A DNA stretch of 54,989 nt from a virus (Duplodnaviria; Caudoviricetes). This document shows positions 1 through 9,834 of the stretch, piece after piece. The DNA is taken from positions 1 to 54,989 of the IMG/VR virus record IMGVR_UViG_3300012351_000011; one strand, written 5' to 3'. The position numbers and the translations under genes were made by a program. The notes under the pieces are model-generated. The model worked only from the letters and a program-made list of their open reading frames with translations, searched no databases and was not told where the DNA came from. How positions within the stretch are numbered: position 1 is the stretch's first letter; every line of letters begins with the position of its first letter.

Positions 1-1
1 G

Positions 2-55
2 AATGGGCTGAAAACATTTCAGCCCGACACAATCACGGTTACGGCAACACATTAA
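2..55 (+). CDS. Probable C-terminal end of the BppU-like protein that starts at 54762
   Basis: Open frame NGLKTFQPDTITVTATH* resembles the end of BppU-N-like domains and ends just before the endolysin RBS. Confidence 0.45.
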   Translation, partial: NGLKTFQPDTITVTATH

Positions 56-72
56 AGAAAGAGAGGCGAGGT

Positions 73-1050
73 ATGCCTGTTTTAGAAGGGTTTGTAATGG
101 TGTCACAATTGACAACCATTACAGAAGACGGACTACCAAATAAAGATGCTCCATACGAATGTGTGGCCGCTTCGTTGTGCGCTGGAGCTATGTATCTCAA
201 TGGTATCAAGCAGATAGGTGGGAAATATACACCTGACTGGTTCAAAGACCAGGCATATGGCGAAGATTACATGGGTGGTACCGCTGCAAGGAACTACATC
301 GATGTGTGTAAACAGTTAGGCGTGAAGCTTTATCCGCTGAATGGCAATCCTGGTCAGCTAGTGAAGTTTATTCATGACCAGTTAGCGCAAAAACACCCCG
401 TTATAGTAACGGTTCCTGATGTCTACGTTCCCAGTAGCTATGGATGGACACATGTTCTGTGCGCTTGTGGCGACAGCACTGGTATTATCACTTGCCTTGA
501 TCCTTACATCGGAAAACCTCTTACTCGCTCAGACCAAGAATGGATTAATCTTCTACTCGACAATGAGATATGGATTTTACAAAAGGAGGATGAAGTGCTT
601 TCAATCGACCTCAACACGCCCGGCATCTCGAATTACTTTACGCTCGTCAATGGTGACCAATGGCAGTGTAAACAAACTCAGAAGATTATTCACGGTGCTA
701 TTCTTGCGGAATATTGCAGATATGGTGGTGCTGGCCTATGTGGTTTAACGCATCTAGGCTTGCCAGTGTCAGGAGAAATAGCCATACCTAACGCATCACC
801 GTGTGTGAAGCAATTTTTCGAACGTGGTGTCTTGATTTGGGACCCTAATCACTCTATCGACAATCCCCCTGGAGCAGACAACGTGTACACCGCTCATCTG
901 TACGGTGGCCAGGGTGAAGACCCCCGAGTTGCTGAGATGAAAGCGCAAATCGACCAACTCAAACAACAGCTTGCTAATCAGCCACAACCGGACCCTGCAC
1001 CACTGAACGCAATTCACCAAATTCAAACGCTCGTGGCACCGTTTAAATAA
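73..1050 (+). CDS. Endolysin: C39-like cysteine peptidase plus cell-wall-binding region
   Basis: Papain-fold motifs ECVAAS (Cys), WTHVLC (His), LDPY (Asp); C-terminal GLPVSGE...QFFERGVLIW (LGFP-like) repeat; RBS GAGG. Confidence 0.75.
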   Translation: MPVLEGFVMVSQLTTITEDGLPNKDAPYECVAASLCAGAMYLNGIKQIGGKYTPDWFKDQAYGEDYMGGTAARNYIDVCKQLGVKLYPLNGNPGQLVKFIHDQLAQKHPVIVTVPDVYVPSSYGWTHVLCACGDSTGIITCLDPYIGKPLTRSDQEWINLLLDNEIWILQKEDEVLSIDLNTPGISNYFTLVNGDQWQCKQTQKIIHGAILAEYCRYGGAGLCGLTHLGLPVSGEIAIPNASPCVKQFFERGVLIWDPNHSIDNPPGADNVYTAHLYGGQGEDPRVAEMKAQIDQLKQQLANQPQPDPAPLNAIHQIQTLVAPFK

Positions 1051-1084
1051 GTCTTGTGCAACGGCTTATTAACTTTTAGAACAT

Positions 1085-1363
1085 TTATTCATAGTTAGGC
1101 CATGCGGTGATGTCTGGAACCTTTGCGGCAACTTCTTTCATGAAGAGTCTTTCAAGATCAACAGGAGCGATATTCCAGACGGCATGTAGTACCAGATCAT
1201 AGGCACGCTCGGCAATAATTTGTTTAATCAGGCGTGTTTTCCGCTGTTCAATCGTATCCTGAATTCTGGCATTGCTCAAATCAAGAAGATCATTCTTATT
1301 CAGTTCTTGCATAAGAAGTTCAGCAAAGCCTTGAAAATGTTCTTTACGTTCTTGTTCGTCCAT
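1085..1363 (-). CDS. Hypothetical protein
   Basis: Start moved to MDEQERK, which has an AAGGA RBS; lies antisense inside the lysis cassette. Confidence 0.6.
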   Translation of the reverse strand: MDEQERKEHFQGFAELLMQELNKNDLLDLSNARIQDTIEQRKTRLIKQIIAERAYDLVLHAVWNIAPVDLERLFMKEVAAKVPDITAWPNYE

Positions 1364-1574
1364 CGTAGTTTCCTTTTTTAGAAAGGTGTGTGCCCCTTTC
1401 CCCTGCGCAGTAGATAGTAATACGATAGAGTAAAACTCTATTGGTTGAGGGGAATCAGGGCGCGGTAGACCAGTGATCAACGGAAATCTACTACTAACTT
1501 TTCCCGTGTCCTGTTTTCTGGAGTGCCACACCAAAGCACCGCAAAGTAGTATAACACAAAGGAGAAAGTATATC

Positions 1575-2276
1575 ATGAATTTACCACCCATGACGCAAAA
1601 CCAGAAGCTTATTCTGTCGTTTCTTGCCTCGACAGCAGGAGCTGCAGCGTCAGCAGGAATAGCGGCCATCGTGCAAGCGTATACTCAACAGGGGCTTGAT
1701 ATCCCTGTACTTATCAATGTGGGGCTCCTGGCCTTCTTTGCGTTCTTTGGGCCGGCTCTCAAGAATTATGTGCCAGGTCATATTCAGCAGATCTTACAGG
1801 CATCTGTTGATACAGCGGCCATGTATCGCAACGCTGCGCAACAATCACAACAGGCTCATGCCGCGCTGACGCAAACCGTTCAGACACTCTCCAAAGTGGC
1901 ACAACAACAGGCTGCATCACCTGCTCAACCCTTGCAAGGGAGTGCGCAACCTGCTGCTAGCGGTTCTGTTCAGTTGAATTTTCCTACTAACACCAGTGCG
2001 GCCAATAATTGGATGTTGGACAAACCTGCTCCACAACCCTTGCAAGGGACAGTACCACAGGGACAGGGGCAATACACGTTCACGCCGCCAGTACGTCCCA
2101 CGCCAGTACAGCCTCAACCTATCACGTTTCCAGCGGTACGACCGCCAATGGAGAGTATCAATATGGCACAAACACCAGTTGATGTTTCGCAGCAGGACAC
2201 ACAGTATCAAAGCGCGGCATTGCCGCCAGATCTTCACTTTGGCGATTCGGCACTTATTCCACAAGTGAATAAATAA
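1575..2276 (+). CDS. Holin-like membrane protein with long Q/P-rich tail
   Basis: AAGGAG RBS before MNLPP; two hydrophobic helices, then a low-complexity tail; near the endolysin. Confidence 0.55.
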   Translation: MNLPPMTQNQKLILSFLASTAGAAASAGIAAIVQAYTQQGLDIPVLINVGLLAFFAFFGPALKNYVPGHIQQILQASVDTAAMYRNAAQQSQQAHAALTQTVQTLSKVAQQQAASPAQPLQGSAQPAASGSVQLNFPTNTSAANNWMLDKPAPQPLQGTVPQGQGQYTFTPPVRPTPVQPQPITFPAVRPPMESINMAQTPVDVSQQDTQYQSAALPPDLHFGDSALIPQVNK

Positions 2277-2278
2277 AG

Positions 2279-2370
2279 CAACCTTTAATAACATTTCCAG
2301 TTATTAAAGGTTGTGAGGGAAAACTTAAATAAAAAATACCCGCCTCTCACACGAAGCGGGTTACTTTTTA
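2279..2370. terminator. Two hairpins between convergent late and early operons
   Basis: 14-bp perfect stem 2279-2292/2300-2313, then a CCCGC/GCGGG stem flanked by A and T runs. Confidence 0.7.
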
Positions 2371-2392
2371 TGCTTACAGCCTGATATGTGTT

Positions 2393-2953
2393 TTAATTGC
2401 TACAATAAAAGACTGCATCAGGGTCTTGCAGCATCTCCGCAAACTTGATAAGTTCCTGATACCAGTTCTTATAGTGATCGAGCGTATGATGGTCAGGACG
2501 GTATTTACTTGAGAGGTCAAAGCAAGAATGTCCCAGGTATTGCATCGGGATACCAATATGCTCTATCTTCTCAAGGTGATACCGTACTATGCCCTCGAAG
2601 CTATACTGCTTGAACTCTTTTGATGATGACGGTGGCAATACGCTCAGGTAGGGTTGAATGAACTGCTCGAAGCTTTTCTCAGTAAACCAGAAGTAAGCAC
2701 GGTCAAGCATCATGATTACATCACCGAATCGCTTGACCACCTCTAAGAAAAGCGGCTTATCCACCTGCTCTGATTTGTCATAATTCCAATGATTGATGAC
2801 ATACCAGAGGCTTTTCTCCTCTACTGGCTCCCGTTCCATCGCATAGGCAAAGTTATCCTCTGCCCATTGGCATAATCCATAGGGATTGCGCAGCCAGTTC
2901 ATATCCATGCTCTCACCGGTACGTGCATTTGAAACGCCTATGTCTAAGCTCAT
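2393..2953 (-). CDS. Hypothetical protein
   Basis: Start MSLDIG with AAGGAG RBS; last gene of the leftward operon. Confidence 0.7.
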   Translation of the reverse strand: MSLDIGVSNARTGESMDMNWLRNPYGLCQWAEDNFAYAMEREPVEEKSLWYVINHWNYDKSEQVDKPLFLEVVKRFGDVIMMLDRAYFWFTEKSFEQFIQPYLSVLPPSSSKEFKQYSFEGIVRYHLEKIEHIGIPMQYLGHSCFDLSSKYRPDHHTLDHYKNWYQELIKFAEMLQDPDAVFYCSN

Positions 2954-2981
2954 CCCATTCTCCTTAACCCCTTGCAGGGGG

Positions 2982-3185
2982 TTATGTGTTAATTTCATAT
3001 CGTATTTCAGCGTCATAGCCGGTCAATAAAAGCGATTCATAGGCTGGCAGCAAATGACCGTTTTTATCATGCCATCTAGGATGAGGATTACCTACCTGGT
3101 AGAACGGATTGGCTTCTACAAGCGCATCATTCCAGTTCAACCCTTCGTTCTTATTTATCATGCATACCAGCACTTCTTTGTTCAT
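2982..3185 (-). CDS. Hypothetical protein
   Basis: Translationally coupled ORF in operon. Confidence 0.6.
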   Translation of the reverse strand: MNKEVLVCMINKNEGLNWNDALVEANPFYQVGNPHPRWHDKNGHLLPAYESLLLTGYDAEIRYEINT

Positions 3186-3376
3186 TTGTTGATCTCTTCT
3201 TCTAGGATATCAAGCCATTCTCTGAGCGATGTGATACGGCGTAGTATCGCTTTCTTCTCTCTTTTTGCCGGCTTACCCTCTTGTTTTCTGAGGTTGTAGG
3301 AATAAGCGCGGTTTTTAATTTGATGAGCAAGAGAGAATATTTGAAAAGCCTGCTCAACTGCGTTCATAGCTCTCAT
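3182..3376 (-). CDS. Hypothetical protein
   Basis: Start overlaps the sigma gene stop; basic helical protein. Confidence 0.6.
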   Translation of the reverse strand: MRAMNAVEQAFQIFSLAHQIKNRAYSYNLRKQEGKPAKREKKAILRRITSLREWLDILEEEINK

Positions 3377-4326
3377 TATATCATCGCCTCTTTTGCCAGT
3401 TCTCGCTCAAGTGGATATTTGAGCTTCCTTAATGCATCCTTCTCAATTTGCCGGATGCGTTCACGGCTCACCTTGAAATGCGCTCCACATTCAAGCAAGG
3501 TTGAAACGTCCTGTGGATCATCGGTTTTTGCTATACCAAACCTCATACGCAAGACAGCACGCTCACGCTTGCTCAGTACAGACATGGCACGCTCTATTTG
3601 CTGTTGTAGAGCGTGCTGATCGTCATCCTGGCCAGGCTGGGATATGTTCTCATCTATCAAGATATCACCAAGCGTGTTGTTTTCGTCAGTGCCAATCTCG
3701 CTATAGAGCGGCATATCCAAACTAGCGGTGTCTTCGCTGAGCAAGAGCATTTCATGTACTTCTGTTTCTGTCATGTTCACGAAGCTAGCAAGTTCTGATA
3801 GACTAGGCTCTCTTTCAAGTTTCGCTTCCAAGATGCCACGTTGCTTTTTGAGATGCTTGATATTGTCGAAGTAGTAAGACGGGACGTAGATCAGTCGTTG
3901 CTCATGTAGCGAGCGACTAATTGCCTGTCGTATCCACCATGTAGCGTATGTGCTGAACTTGTACCCCTTGCAAGGGTCGAACTTCTCAGCAGCACGCATC
4001 AGGCCGATATTTCCCTCTTGTATCAAGTCTAAGAAGTCAGCACCCGTACGCTTTGCGTAGCCACGCGCAAGAGCCACGACTAAGCGCAGGTTGGCTTCGA
4101 TCAAGCGTTGTTTGGCGGATTGGTCACCGGCTGCAATACCCCTTGCAAGGGTGACTTCTTGCTCAGCGGTCAAGAGAGGGTGCAAGTTGGTTTCGTTTAA
4201 GTATTGGTTTAAGCTGTCTTCTTTGAAGTCGTCTCCGAATTCTTTGATGTCGCGCGGTGTGATAGTTCGTCTTGGCATGGCTGATATGTCCTCTCTTCTG
4301 GCTAGATGAACTGGTTGATGTTCCAT
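3376..4326 (-). CDS. RNA polymerase sigma70-family factor (RpoD-like, no region 1.1)
   Basis: Region 1.2 [15 protein letters not shown]; region 2 [45 protein letters not shown]; region 4 [17 protein letters not shown]. Confidence 0.95.
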   Translation of the reverse strand: MEHQPVHLARREDISAMPRRTITPRDIKEFGDDFKEDSLNQYLNETNLHPLLTAEQEVTLARGIAAGDQSAKQRLIEANLRLVVALARGYAKRTGADFLDLIQEGNIGLMRAAEKFDPCKGYKFSTYATWWIRQAISRSLHEQRLIYVPSYYFDNIKHLKKQRGILEAKLEREPSLSELASFVNMTETEVHEMLLLSEDTASLDMPLYSEIGTDENNTLGDILIDENISQPGQDDDQHALQQQIERAMSVLSKRERAVLRMRFGIAKTDDPQDVSTLLECGAHFKVSRERIRQIEKDALRKLKYPLERELAKEAMI

Positions 4327-4541
4327 ATCGGCACTGTGGCATTCGGTGACTCAACCGTCATTTCTTCGTGAAACCAATCACGTTTATCGCGTTCAAGCAA
4401 CTCTTTGTACAGTTTTTCGATAAGCTTATTGGTTTTTTTGACGTAACTACGAAACGTCATTAAAAGAATGAGGATGCATATTCCCCAACCGAGGACCATA
4501 ATCATTATGGGGATGAGTAGGTATTGTGGCATGAGTGGCAT
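4302..4541 (-). CDS. Small single-TM protein
   Basis: Hydrophobic N-terminus; in operon. Confidence 0.55.
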   Translation of the reverse strand: MPLMPQYLLIPIMIMVLGWGICILILLMTFRSYVKKTNKLIEKLYKELLERDKRDWFHEEMTVESPNATVPIWNINQFI

Positions 4542-4557
4542 TGGTGTGTCTCACTTT

Positions 4558-4869
4558 CTATACAAATGCGTGAACAATAGCTCCAAGTCCAAGCGCAACC
4601 AGCGGAGAAAAGAAGCTATAACTAAGCGCTTGAATGAAAACCGCTGACGCGCTCTTATCTTTTGATTTAGAGCTTGATTGATCTGAGCCTGAATAAGTGA
4701 ACATATGTACCACCAGAGAGATACCGATAGCAAGAGCAATGCTAATCTGAGGCAGATGAAACGCAGGAACAAAAAACCATCCCCACAAAACAGAAAGAAC
4801 ATAGCCGCTCCAAATAGGACTAAGCACGAAAATGCCAACAATGGCTACTATCCAACCTAAAACCTTCAT
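4558..4869 (-). CDS. Small multi-TM membrane protein
   Basis: About 3 hydrophobic segments; AAGGGG RBS. Confidence 0.65.
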   Translation of the reverse strand: MKVLGWIVAIVGIFVLSPIWSGYVLSVLWGWFFVPAFHLPQISIALAIGISLVVHMFTYSGSDQSSSKSKDKSASAVFIQALSYSFFSPLVALGLGAIVHAFV

Positions 4870-4892
4870 AGTTTTTCCCCTTTCTTTATCTC

Positions 4893-5099
4893 CTAAAATT
4901 GACTTTCACGTAAGACGCTATCAATTTGTGTGTTTATCTTGTGCTGGAAGTCCTGGTACAGCGTGTCTTTCAATCGTCTCTCTTGAGCCTGCTTGTCAAA
5001 CTGCTTGCAGGACAAGACTACCCAGATAAAAGCAGATACACTACTTACAATAGTAAGAGCGCCAATGGCGGCTAGAATATGGATGACAATGTTGTACAT
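4893..5099 (-). CDS. Small single-TM protein
   Basis: AGGAG RBS; N-terminal TM helix. Confidence 0.6.
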   Translation of the reverse strand: MYNIVIHILAAIGALTIVSSVSAFIWVVLSCKQFDKQAQERRLKDTLYQDFQHKINTQIDSVLRESQF

Positions 5100-5101
5100 G
5101 G

Positions 5102-5473
5102 TTATCTCCTGACAGGATGCAGATGGACTGCTCGGTGTATTTGTGTCTGAGGTCCTGTGTCCTGGTGATGCTCTTTTACGTAGGTTAAGAACCGTTGTCC
5201 TGGTACTTGCTGCATAGGTCCGGTGTTACGTTCTTCATGCAAGAGCGGATGCAATTTTGAGCTTGAAGGCGTCATTGACGCTCCACAAAATGCACAGAAA
5301 CGCGCATCGGGCGCGGTCGCTGGCAATTCGCACATGGGACACTTCATCAATGTCCAAGAGTGGCTTGCATGATATGAGTCAAGAAACTGGCGGAACGCTT
5401 CAAATTGACGATTGCGCCGACGAGCGGCTATCTGGGTGAATAATTGTGTAAAGAAATTTGGGCGCTTGTTCAT
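5102..5473 (-). CDS. Zinc-ribbon protein
   Basis: CPMC-x9-FCAFCG zinc ribbon. Confidence 0.7.
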   Translation of the reverse strand: MNKRPNFFTQLFTQIAARRRNRQFEAFRQFLDSYHASHSWTLMKCPMCELPATAPDARFCAFCGASMTPSSSKLHPLLHEERNTGPMQQVPGQRFLTYVKEHHQDTGPQTQIHRAVHLHPVRR

Positions 5474-5516
5474 CGTTGAATGCTCACTTTCTCCCCTTGC
5501 AAGGGGTGGCTATCGG

Positions 5517-5723
5517 CTACTTTTGCATCAGATCAAGCACCTGGCCAGCATATGGTTCATCCAGATTGATAACCACATACTGATTGTCCAGTGACTTGCC
5601 ATGAACAGAACGCCAGCCACGTACAATAGCCACCAATGTATTGAGAGTGGTTTGATTGTCTTCGCTCAAAGCATCCTCAATATCTGCTTTTTTGAGCACA
5701 AGAAATTTATCTTCTAGTTCCAT
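5517..5723 (-). CDS. Hypothetical phage protein
   Basis: GAGG RBS; in operon. Confidence 0.65.
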   Translation of the reverse strand: MELEDKFLVLKKADIEDALSEDNQTTLNTLVAIVRGWRSVHGKSLDNQYVVINLDEPYAGQVLDLMQK

Positions 5724-5741
5724 TGCTAAACCTCTTTCCTG

Positions 5742-5846
5742 CTAGCAGTCACACGTTCCACATTTCTCGCAACCACCGCACACACAGCGGCGATTGCCAC
5801 AACGACACCAACCCATGTCGAATAGGTGAAGGAGCTTGTGAAGCAT
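5742..5846 (-). CDS. Cys-rich 34-aa micro-protein (metallothionein-like)
   Basis: MLHKLLHLFDMGWCRCGNRRCVCGGCEKCGTCDC*; ATG directly follows the upstream TAA; GGAGG RBS; below the ORF-track size cutoff. Confidence 0.65.
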   Translation of the reverse strand: MLHKLLHLFDMGWCRCGNRRCVCGGCEKCGTCDC

Positions 5847-6170
5847 TTATTTGGCCTCCATAATGCGCCGTGCGATAGCGCGTCCTTCTTCACAAAAGTT
5901 GCAATGGCACACATCCCCATTCCTGGCGACAACATGATCTTTCATGAAGGATTGAATCAATTCAAGCATTGCTGGGGCTTCAATAACGCCTGAAGGGACT
6001 GGTTGAGGCTGTCCAACTTTGCTATTAAGCAGTTCTGCCATGCAGTCATAGCAGAGCTTCTCTTTTGCATTGAGATGTTCCCATGCCACGCCCCAGTCTA
6101 CTTTGTCGGTATAGTTTTCTTTGCGTGCCTTCAAAAAGGCTTCATGGATATCTTGCGCGGTTATTGGCAT
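5847..6170 (-). CDS. Hypothetical protein with CxCxxC motif
   Basis: GGAGGT RBS; start overlaps the nuclease stop. Confidence 0.65.
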   Translation of the reverse strand: MPITAQDIHEAFLKARKENYTDKVDWGVAWEHLNAKEKLCYDCMAELLNSKVGQPQPVPSGVIEAPAMLELIQSFMKDHVVARNGDVCHCNFCEEGRAIARRIMEAK

Positions 6171-6952
6171 CACTTCACCTCCATATCTCGAAAACATAAA
6201 TCTCTCATGGGACATTTTTTGGCGCGGCTATCATCCGGGGACTGGCATACTCTTGCAGGGAAAGGTTTGCCGTTCCTTGCAAGGGAAACATGACCTTTGA
6301 CGGCGTAGGCTCTATCGGTGTAGGGCTTTGAATACTTCGGGTCATGCTCTACTACCCAGAGTTTGAATTCACGACTGTCATTTTTGTTCACAATGAGGAT
6401 GATAGCGCGCTTTAATTCAAGTAAATGCATGTACAGCTGAGCTTGAAAAAACGCCTTGTTGACCGTTGTATTGGCTGTCATGGCCGTTACAAGGCTTGCA
6501 TCAGCTATCGGGTTATAGCTTTCCTGCTTCAACCCTTTAATCTCAACCACGTAGTGCATACCAAAGAAATTGAGAATGGCATCCGGGGAAAAGTACACGT
6601 TGCGCGTCTCATCGTAGTGAGTCAAGTCGAGCTCAGGTTGACCATTGTTCATGACCACATTCAAGTGATTTTTGAAGATCAACTGAAGCATCCGGTGAAT
6701 TTCCCAGCCATGCAAGAAGATGCTGTACTGTTTCCACTGCCAGTATTTCAGGTCCTCGGGTTGCACTTCATCGGGTTGCAATTGAGCCAACACGTAGCGC
6801 CGTGTACACCACTCGCTTTCATCAGATAATAAATTTGATGCGTGTGGGGGACCTGTGCGGAGTGGTTGTGAACCACCCCACGACAGGTAAGCGTCCTGGA
6901 TATCGAGCTTGATAAGCTCTTCAATGGTACGCAAACTAGAACTCGTGGTCAT
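6170..6952 (-). CDS. Cas4-like PD-(D/E)XK exonuclease (recombination)
   Basis: WCTR, SPDA, VEIK and QAQLYM motifs, with C-terminal C..CPMRDLC Fe-S ligands; adjacent to SSB. Confidence 0.8.
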   Translation of the reverse strand: MTTSSSLRTIEELIKLDIQDAYLSWGGSQPLRTGPPHASNLLSDESEWCTRRYVLAQLQPDEVQPEDLKYWQWKQYSIFLHGWEIHRMLQLIFKNHLNVVMNNGQPELDLTHYDETRNVYFSPDAILNFFGMHYVVEIKGLKQESYNPIADASLVTAMTANTTVNKAFFQAQLYMHLLELKRAIILIVNKNDSREFKLWVVEHDPKYSKPYTDRAYAVKGHVSLARNGKPFPARVCQSPDDSRAKKCPMRDLCFRDMEVK

Positions 6953-7724
6953 CTTCTTGTGCTTTCGCTGGTTGAGCAGACGGTGTATTGGTGGAAGACT
7001 CACCAATAACTTTCGGAGGGCGCGCGTCAAGGATCATTTCACGAACAGCTTCACGTGAGGGAGTAGCGTTTTTGACTTCAGGATGCATGGGTGAAGGGTC
7101 GCGTCTGTCAGGAGTCAGTTTCTTTTCTTGTTGAACGCCGTGGCACTCCACAACAAAATCCATGGAACGGATGTCACGCGGCGCAATGTTTTCATCGGGG
7201 TCACCGCTGTGGACTCTGCGAATAGCCTTGTAAACAGGCTCAATAGCTCCAAAATTTTGAAGCTCCAGGATACGCATTCCGTTGATCGGCTTTTCTTCGC
7301 CATCTTCATTCTTGGTAGTCAAGGCAATCCAGGGTCCGTCCTTCTCGAATTGGTCCTTAATGCCGTACATCCAGGTTGGAAGCATCAAGCTTTTCTTCGC
7401 TTCCAATTCTCGTTTGCGCTTGCGGTCGGTTTCGGCTTCCGCTTGTTTGCACAATTGGCACGGTTTGCCAATCTCTTTGCCGCAAATCGCTTTCGTGTAG
7501 GCTTTCGTTGCATTGTCGTAAATTGAGTGGACAAGCATCAACAGTGCCTGGTCAAGTGCGTAAAGGGGGCGAAACGAGGTTTTTTGACCAACGGTTGCAG
7601 TTTGGCCGTTTTTTTTGGGACCAACGCTCAATGTAAGAAAAACAAACTTAAACGTACTGGATGCCGCTTGACGCTGTTCTTTTTCTTCATCCATTTCAGC
7701 TAAAACATCAATATTTGTCGCCAT
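6936..7724 (-). CDS. T4 gp32-like ssDNA-binding protein
   Basis: H..C-x7-CxxC zinc site, acidic C-terminus EDDHEF, next to the exonuclease. Confidence 0.7.
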   Translation of the reverse strand: MATNIDVLAEMDEEKEQRQAASSTFKFVFLTLSVGPKKNGQTATVGQKTSFRPLYALDQALLMLVHSIYDNATKAYTKAICGKEIGKPCQLCKQAEAETDRKRKRELEAKKSLMLPTWMYGIKDQFEKDGPWIALTTKNEDGEEKPINGMRILELQNFGAIEPVYKAIRRVHSGDPDENIAPRDIRSMDFVVECHGVQQEKKLTPDRRDPSPMHPEVKNATPSREAVREMILDARPPKVIGESSTNTPSAQPAKAQEDDHEF

Positions 7725-7851
7725 TGTCTTCAAGTTCCTTCTTTCTGTGTGTCAATTCACAACTTTTCAAAATGTGAGCGGTGAACAGGGGTTGTGTACA
7801 TGGAAGCGATGGAGGTCCTACCCTGTCTCCTGTTCACCTTGCTCTTGTCGT

Positions 7852-7926
7852 ACTATACCATAGTCATTTTATCTTGTCAATACTTTGCAATACTCTTGCA
7901 AACTTATTGCTACAATGCTATACTAA
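7852..7926. promoter_or_regulatory. Divergent sigma70-type promoters with tandem TTGCAA boxes (cassette A)
   Basis: Leftward TTGACA-N17-TATAGT; rightward TTGCAA-N17-TATACT with extended TG. Confidence 0.75.
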
Positions 7927-7954
7927 GGTCACAATACGAAAGGAGGGAAGAAAC

Positions 7955-8242
7955 GTGAACGATCTACCGCCATTTCGCCGCTACGAAACCTTGCAGGGGG
8001 TTGAGTATGAAATGTTGAGCAGTTCAGGAAAGAGCTACTACACCGTGCCAATGGTCGGTTTAGTGGCCGCTGGTTGTGAATGCAGGTACAGCAAGTTCAA
8101 TCCAACCTGCAAACATCAGCAGGAAGCTGAGCGACAAGAGGCACTTTACCAGGGAGAACAGCAACCAGTAGAGCCTGCTAGCGGCATTGGCGAAAGAGGC
8201 TCTTTGAATTATGGGGATCGAGGATTTAGCTTGCTCAGGTAA
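7955..8242 (+). CDS. SWIM zinc-finger protein
   Basis: SSSGKSYYTV..CEC-x8-CKH; AAGGAGG RBS, GTG start. Confidence 0.75.
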   Translation: MNDLPPFRRYETLQGVEYEMLSSSGKSYYTVPMVGLVAAGCECRYSKFNPTCKHQQEAERQEALYQGEQQPVEPASGIGERGSLNYGDRGFSLLR

Positions 8243-8269
8243 CCCTTGCAAAGGGGAAAGGATAGAAAA

Positions 8270-9151
8270 ATGTTAATAGATGATCTTCTGTATATGTTAA
8301 AGCAGACAAAATACACCCTTCTTAGAGAAGGGGAGGCTACTTACGGACGTCTAATATCATCCGTCCGCTTTCAAATCGATAATGTTGCTAGGTATGCATA
8401 TGACTCCCTGCTTAGCATGGAAGATTCGGGAGAGAAAATCGGTGATATCAGGAGCCGCATACCTAATGTCGCACCACTTGCGCCCGCAATGTGGCTTGAG
8501 TTTGGGGGACTGGCAAAAGGAGCAGGGAAGCCAGCAACAAATCGATATGGATGCTTGATCTCAGTTGAATTAGACCAGAAGCATCATTTTGATATGCTTG
8601 GTATAAACGACATACCCGAAAATATACAGTGGATGTTTCGCACTCAATGTTTTGCTAAACTTTCTAATGAACTAAGTGTTATGAAATGGGCTCACTATAT
8701 AGGTGTTACTGATGAGGGTATCATTACATACCTTGCAAGAACATGGTCTAACGGGAGTGAGCAACCCACAATTAAAGCGGATTTGTACAATGAAACAATA
8801 GTTGCTCTCTTGGCAATTTGCTTTGCACACTGCAAGGGAACAGAGATTAAAGAACATCAACCATCTCGTCAAGTAAGCCGCGCATCAGAACGAGCAGGAA
8901 AGCCTGTTTTCACTTTCCACACTATTGATATTAATCCTTCTGCCAATGTTCTACGTGCTGAGGGCAACGTCTCCGAGAACGGACTAGCAAAAGCACTGCA
9001 TATCTGTCGAGGTCACTTTGCCCACTATACCACTGAAAAACCGCTCTTTGGAAAGTACACAGGCACTTTCTACCGTCCCATGCACGTGAGAGGCAATGCT
9101 GAGAAGGGAATTGCCGCCAAAGACTATCGCGTGCACCATCCCATTACATAG
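8270..9151 (+). CDS. Conserved phage hypothetical protein
   Basis: C-terminal HICRGHF...HVRG motif typical of an uncharacterised phage family. Confidence 0.7.
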   Translation: MLIDDLLYMLKQTKYTLLREGEATYGRLISSVRFQIDNVARYAYDSLLSMEDSGEKIGDIRSRIPNVAPLAPAMWLEFGGLAKGAGKPATNRYGCLISVELDQKHHFDMLGINDIPENIQWMFRTQCFAKLSNELSVMKWAHYIGVTDEGIITYLARTWSNGSEQPTIKADLYNETIVALLAICFAHCKGTEIKEHQPSRQVSRASERAGKPVFTFHTIDINPSANVLRAEGNVSENGLAKALHICRGHFAHYTTEKPLFGKYTGTFYRPMHVRGNAEKGIAAKDYRVHHPIT

Positions 9152-9357
9152 AAACCATTTCTCAACCAATCATCCATCTTTGAACACAACCAATATCCCA
9201 TGAAGCGGCATGTGAAGCGGCATGACGGCAAAGTGGTAATAGGGTGAAGAAACATCAACAAATTGACGCTTTTCTCCCTAGTCAAGACAATTCAAAAGTC
9301 AGTACACTTATGGATACCTCTTGAAAATGAACACCAAACAGTAAAGGATTACACGAT

Positions 9358-9816
9358 ATGTCCACTACCATACAAGACGATAAAACCATTGACACCCTCA
9401 CAATCACCCATGGGCCGCGCGCGTTTTACGCTGGGAGATGTGAATTGCCTCCAGGTATCAATGCCAGCTATCAACCCGGCAATGGTCGCAACCCAATTGT
9501 TGGCACAAAAGAACTTCACCAATTCAAAGATGACGCCGCTTTGTTGCTTTCCCAGGGGTATCATGACTGGGCTTTAATAAACGCTTTACGCGCGTCCAGG
9601 CGCAAAGTACCTCTACGCATGGAAATACATTTCTACTTCAAGTCACTTTGGCGATGTGACATTGACGGCGGCATTAAAGCCGTCATGGATGCTGTATTCA
9701 ACCGCTTAGGGCTAAATGACAACCTCGTGGTTGATCTGCACATAAGCAAAGAAGCCGATCCTGAAAACCCACGGGTTGAGGTCGAGGTGTATTGCTTTCT
9801 ATCGTCGTCTCATTAG
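9358..9816 (+). CDS. rusA: RusA-family Holliday junction resolvase
   Basis: RCDIDGGIKAVMDAV...NDNLV catalytic pattern and PRVEVEV end. Confidence 0.85.
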   Translation: MSTTIQDDKTIDTLTITHGPRAFYAGRCELPPGINASYQPGNGRNPIVGTKELHQFKDDAALLLSQGYHDWALINALRASRRKVPLRMEIHFYFKSLWRCDIDGGIKAVMDAVFNRLGLNDNLVVDLHISKEADPENPRVEVEVYCFLSSSH

Positions 9817-9834
9817 CGCTTTGAGGATACTGTT

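Noticed and set aside
5726-5935. 69-aa ORF from the track
   Set aside because: Overlaps the upstream gene by 89 bp with no RBS; the 5742-5846 frame has better start signals.
6170-6952. Cas4 as part of a CRISPR-Cas system
   Set aside because: No cas1/cas2 or array; it sits beside an SSB as a typical phage recombination nuclease.
9199-9230. Short tandem TGAAGCGGCATG repeat
   Set aside because: Two and a half copies only, likely slippage; no supporting context.
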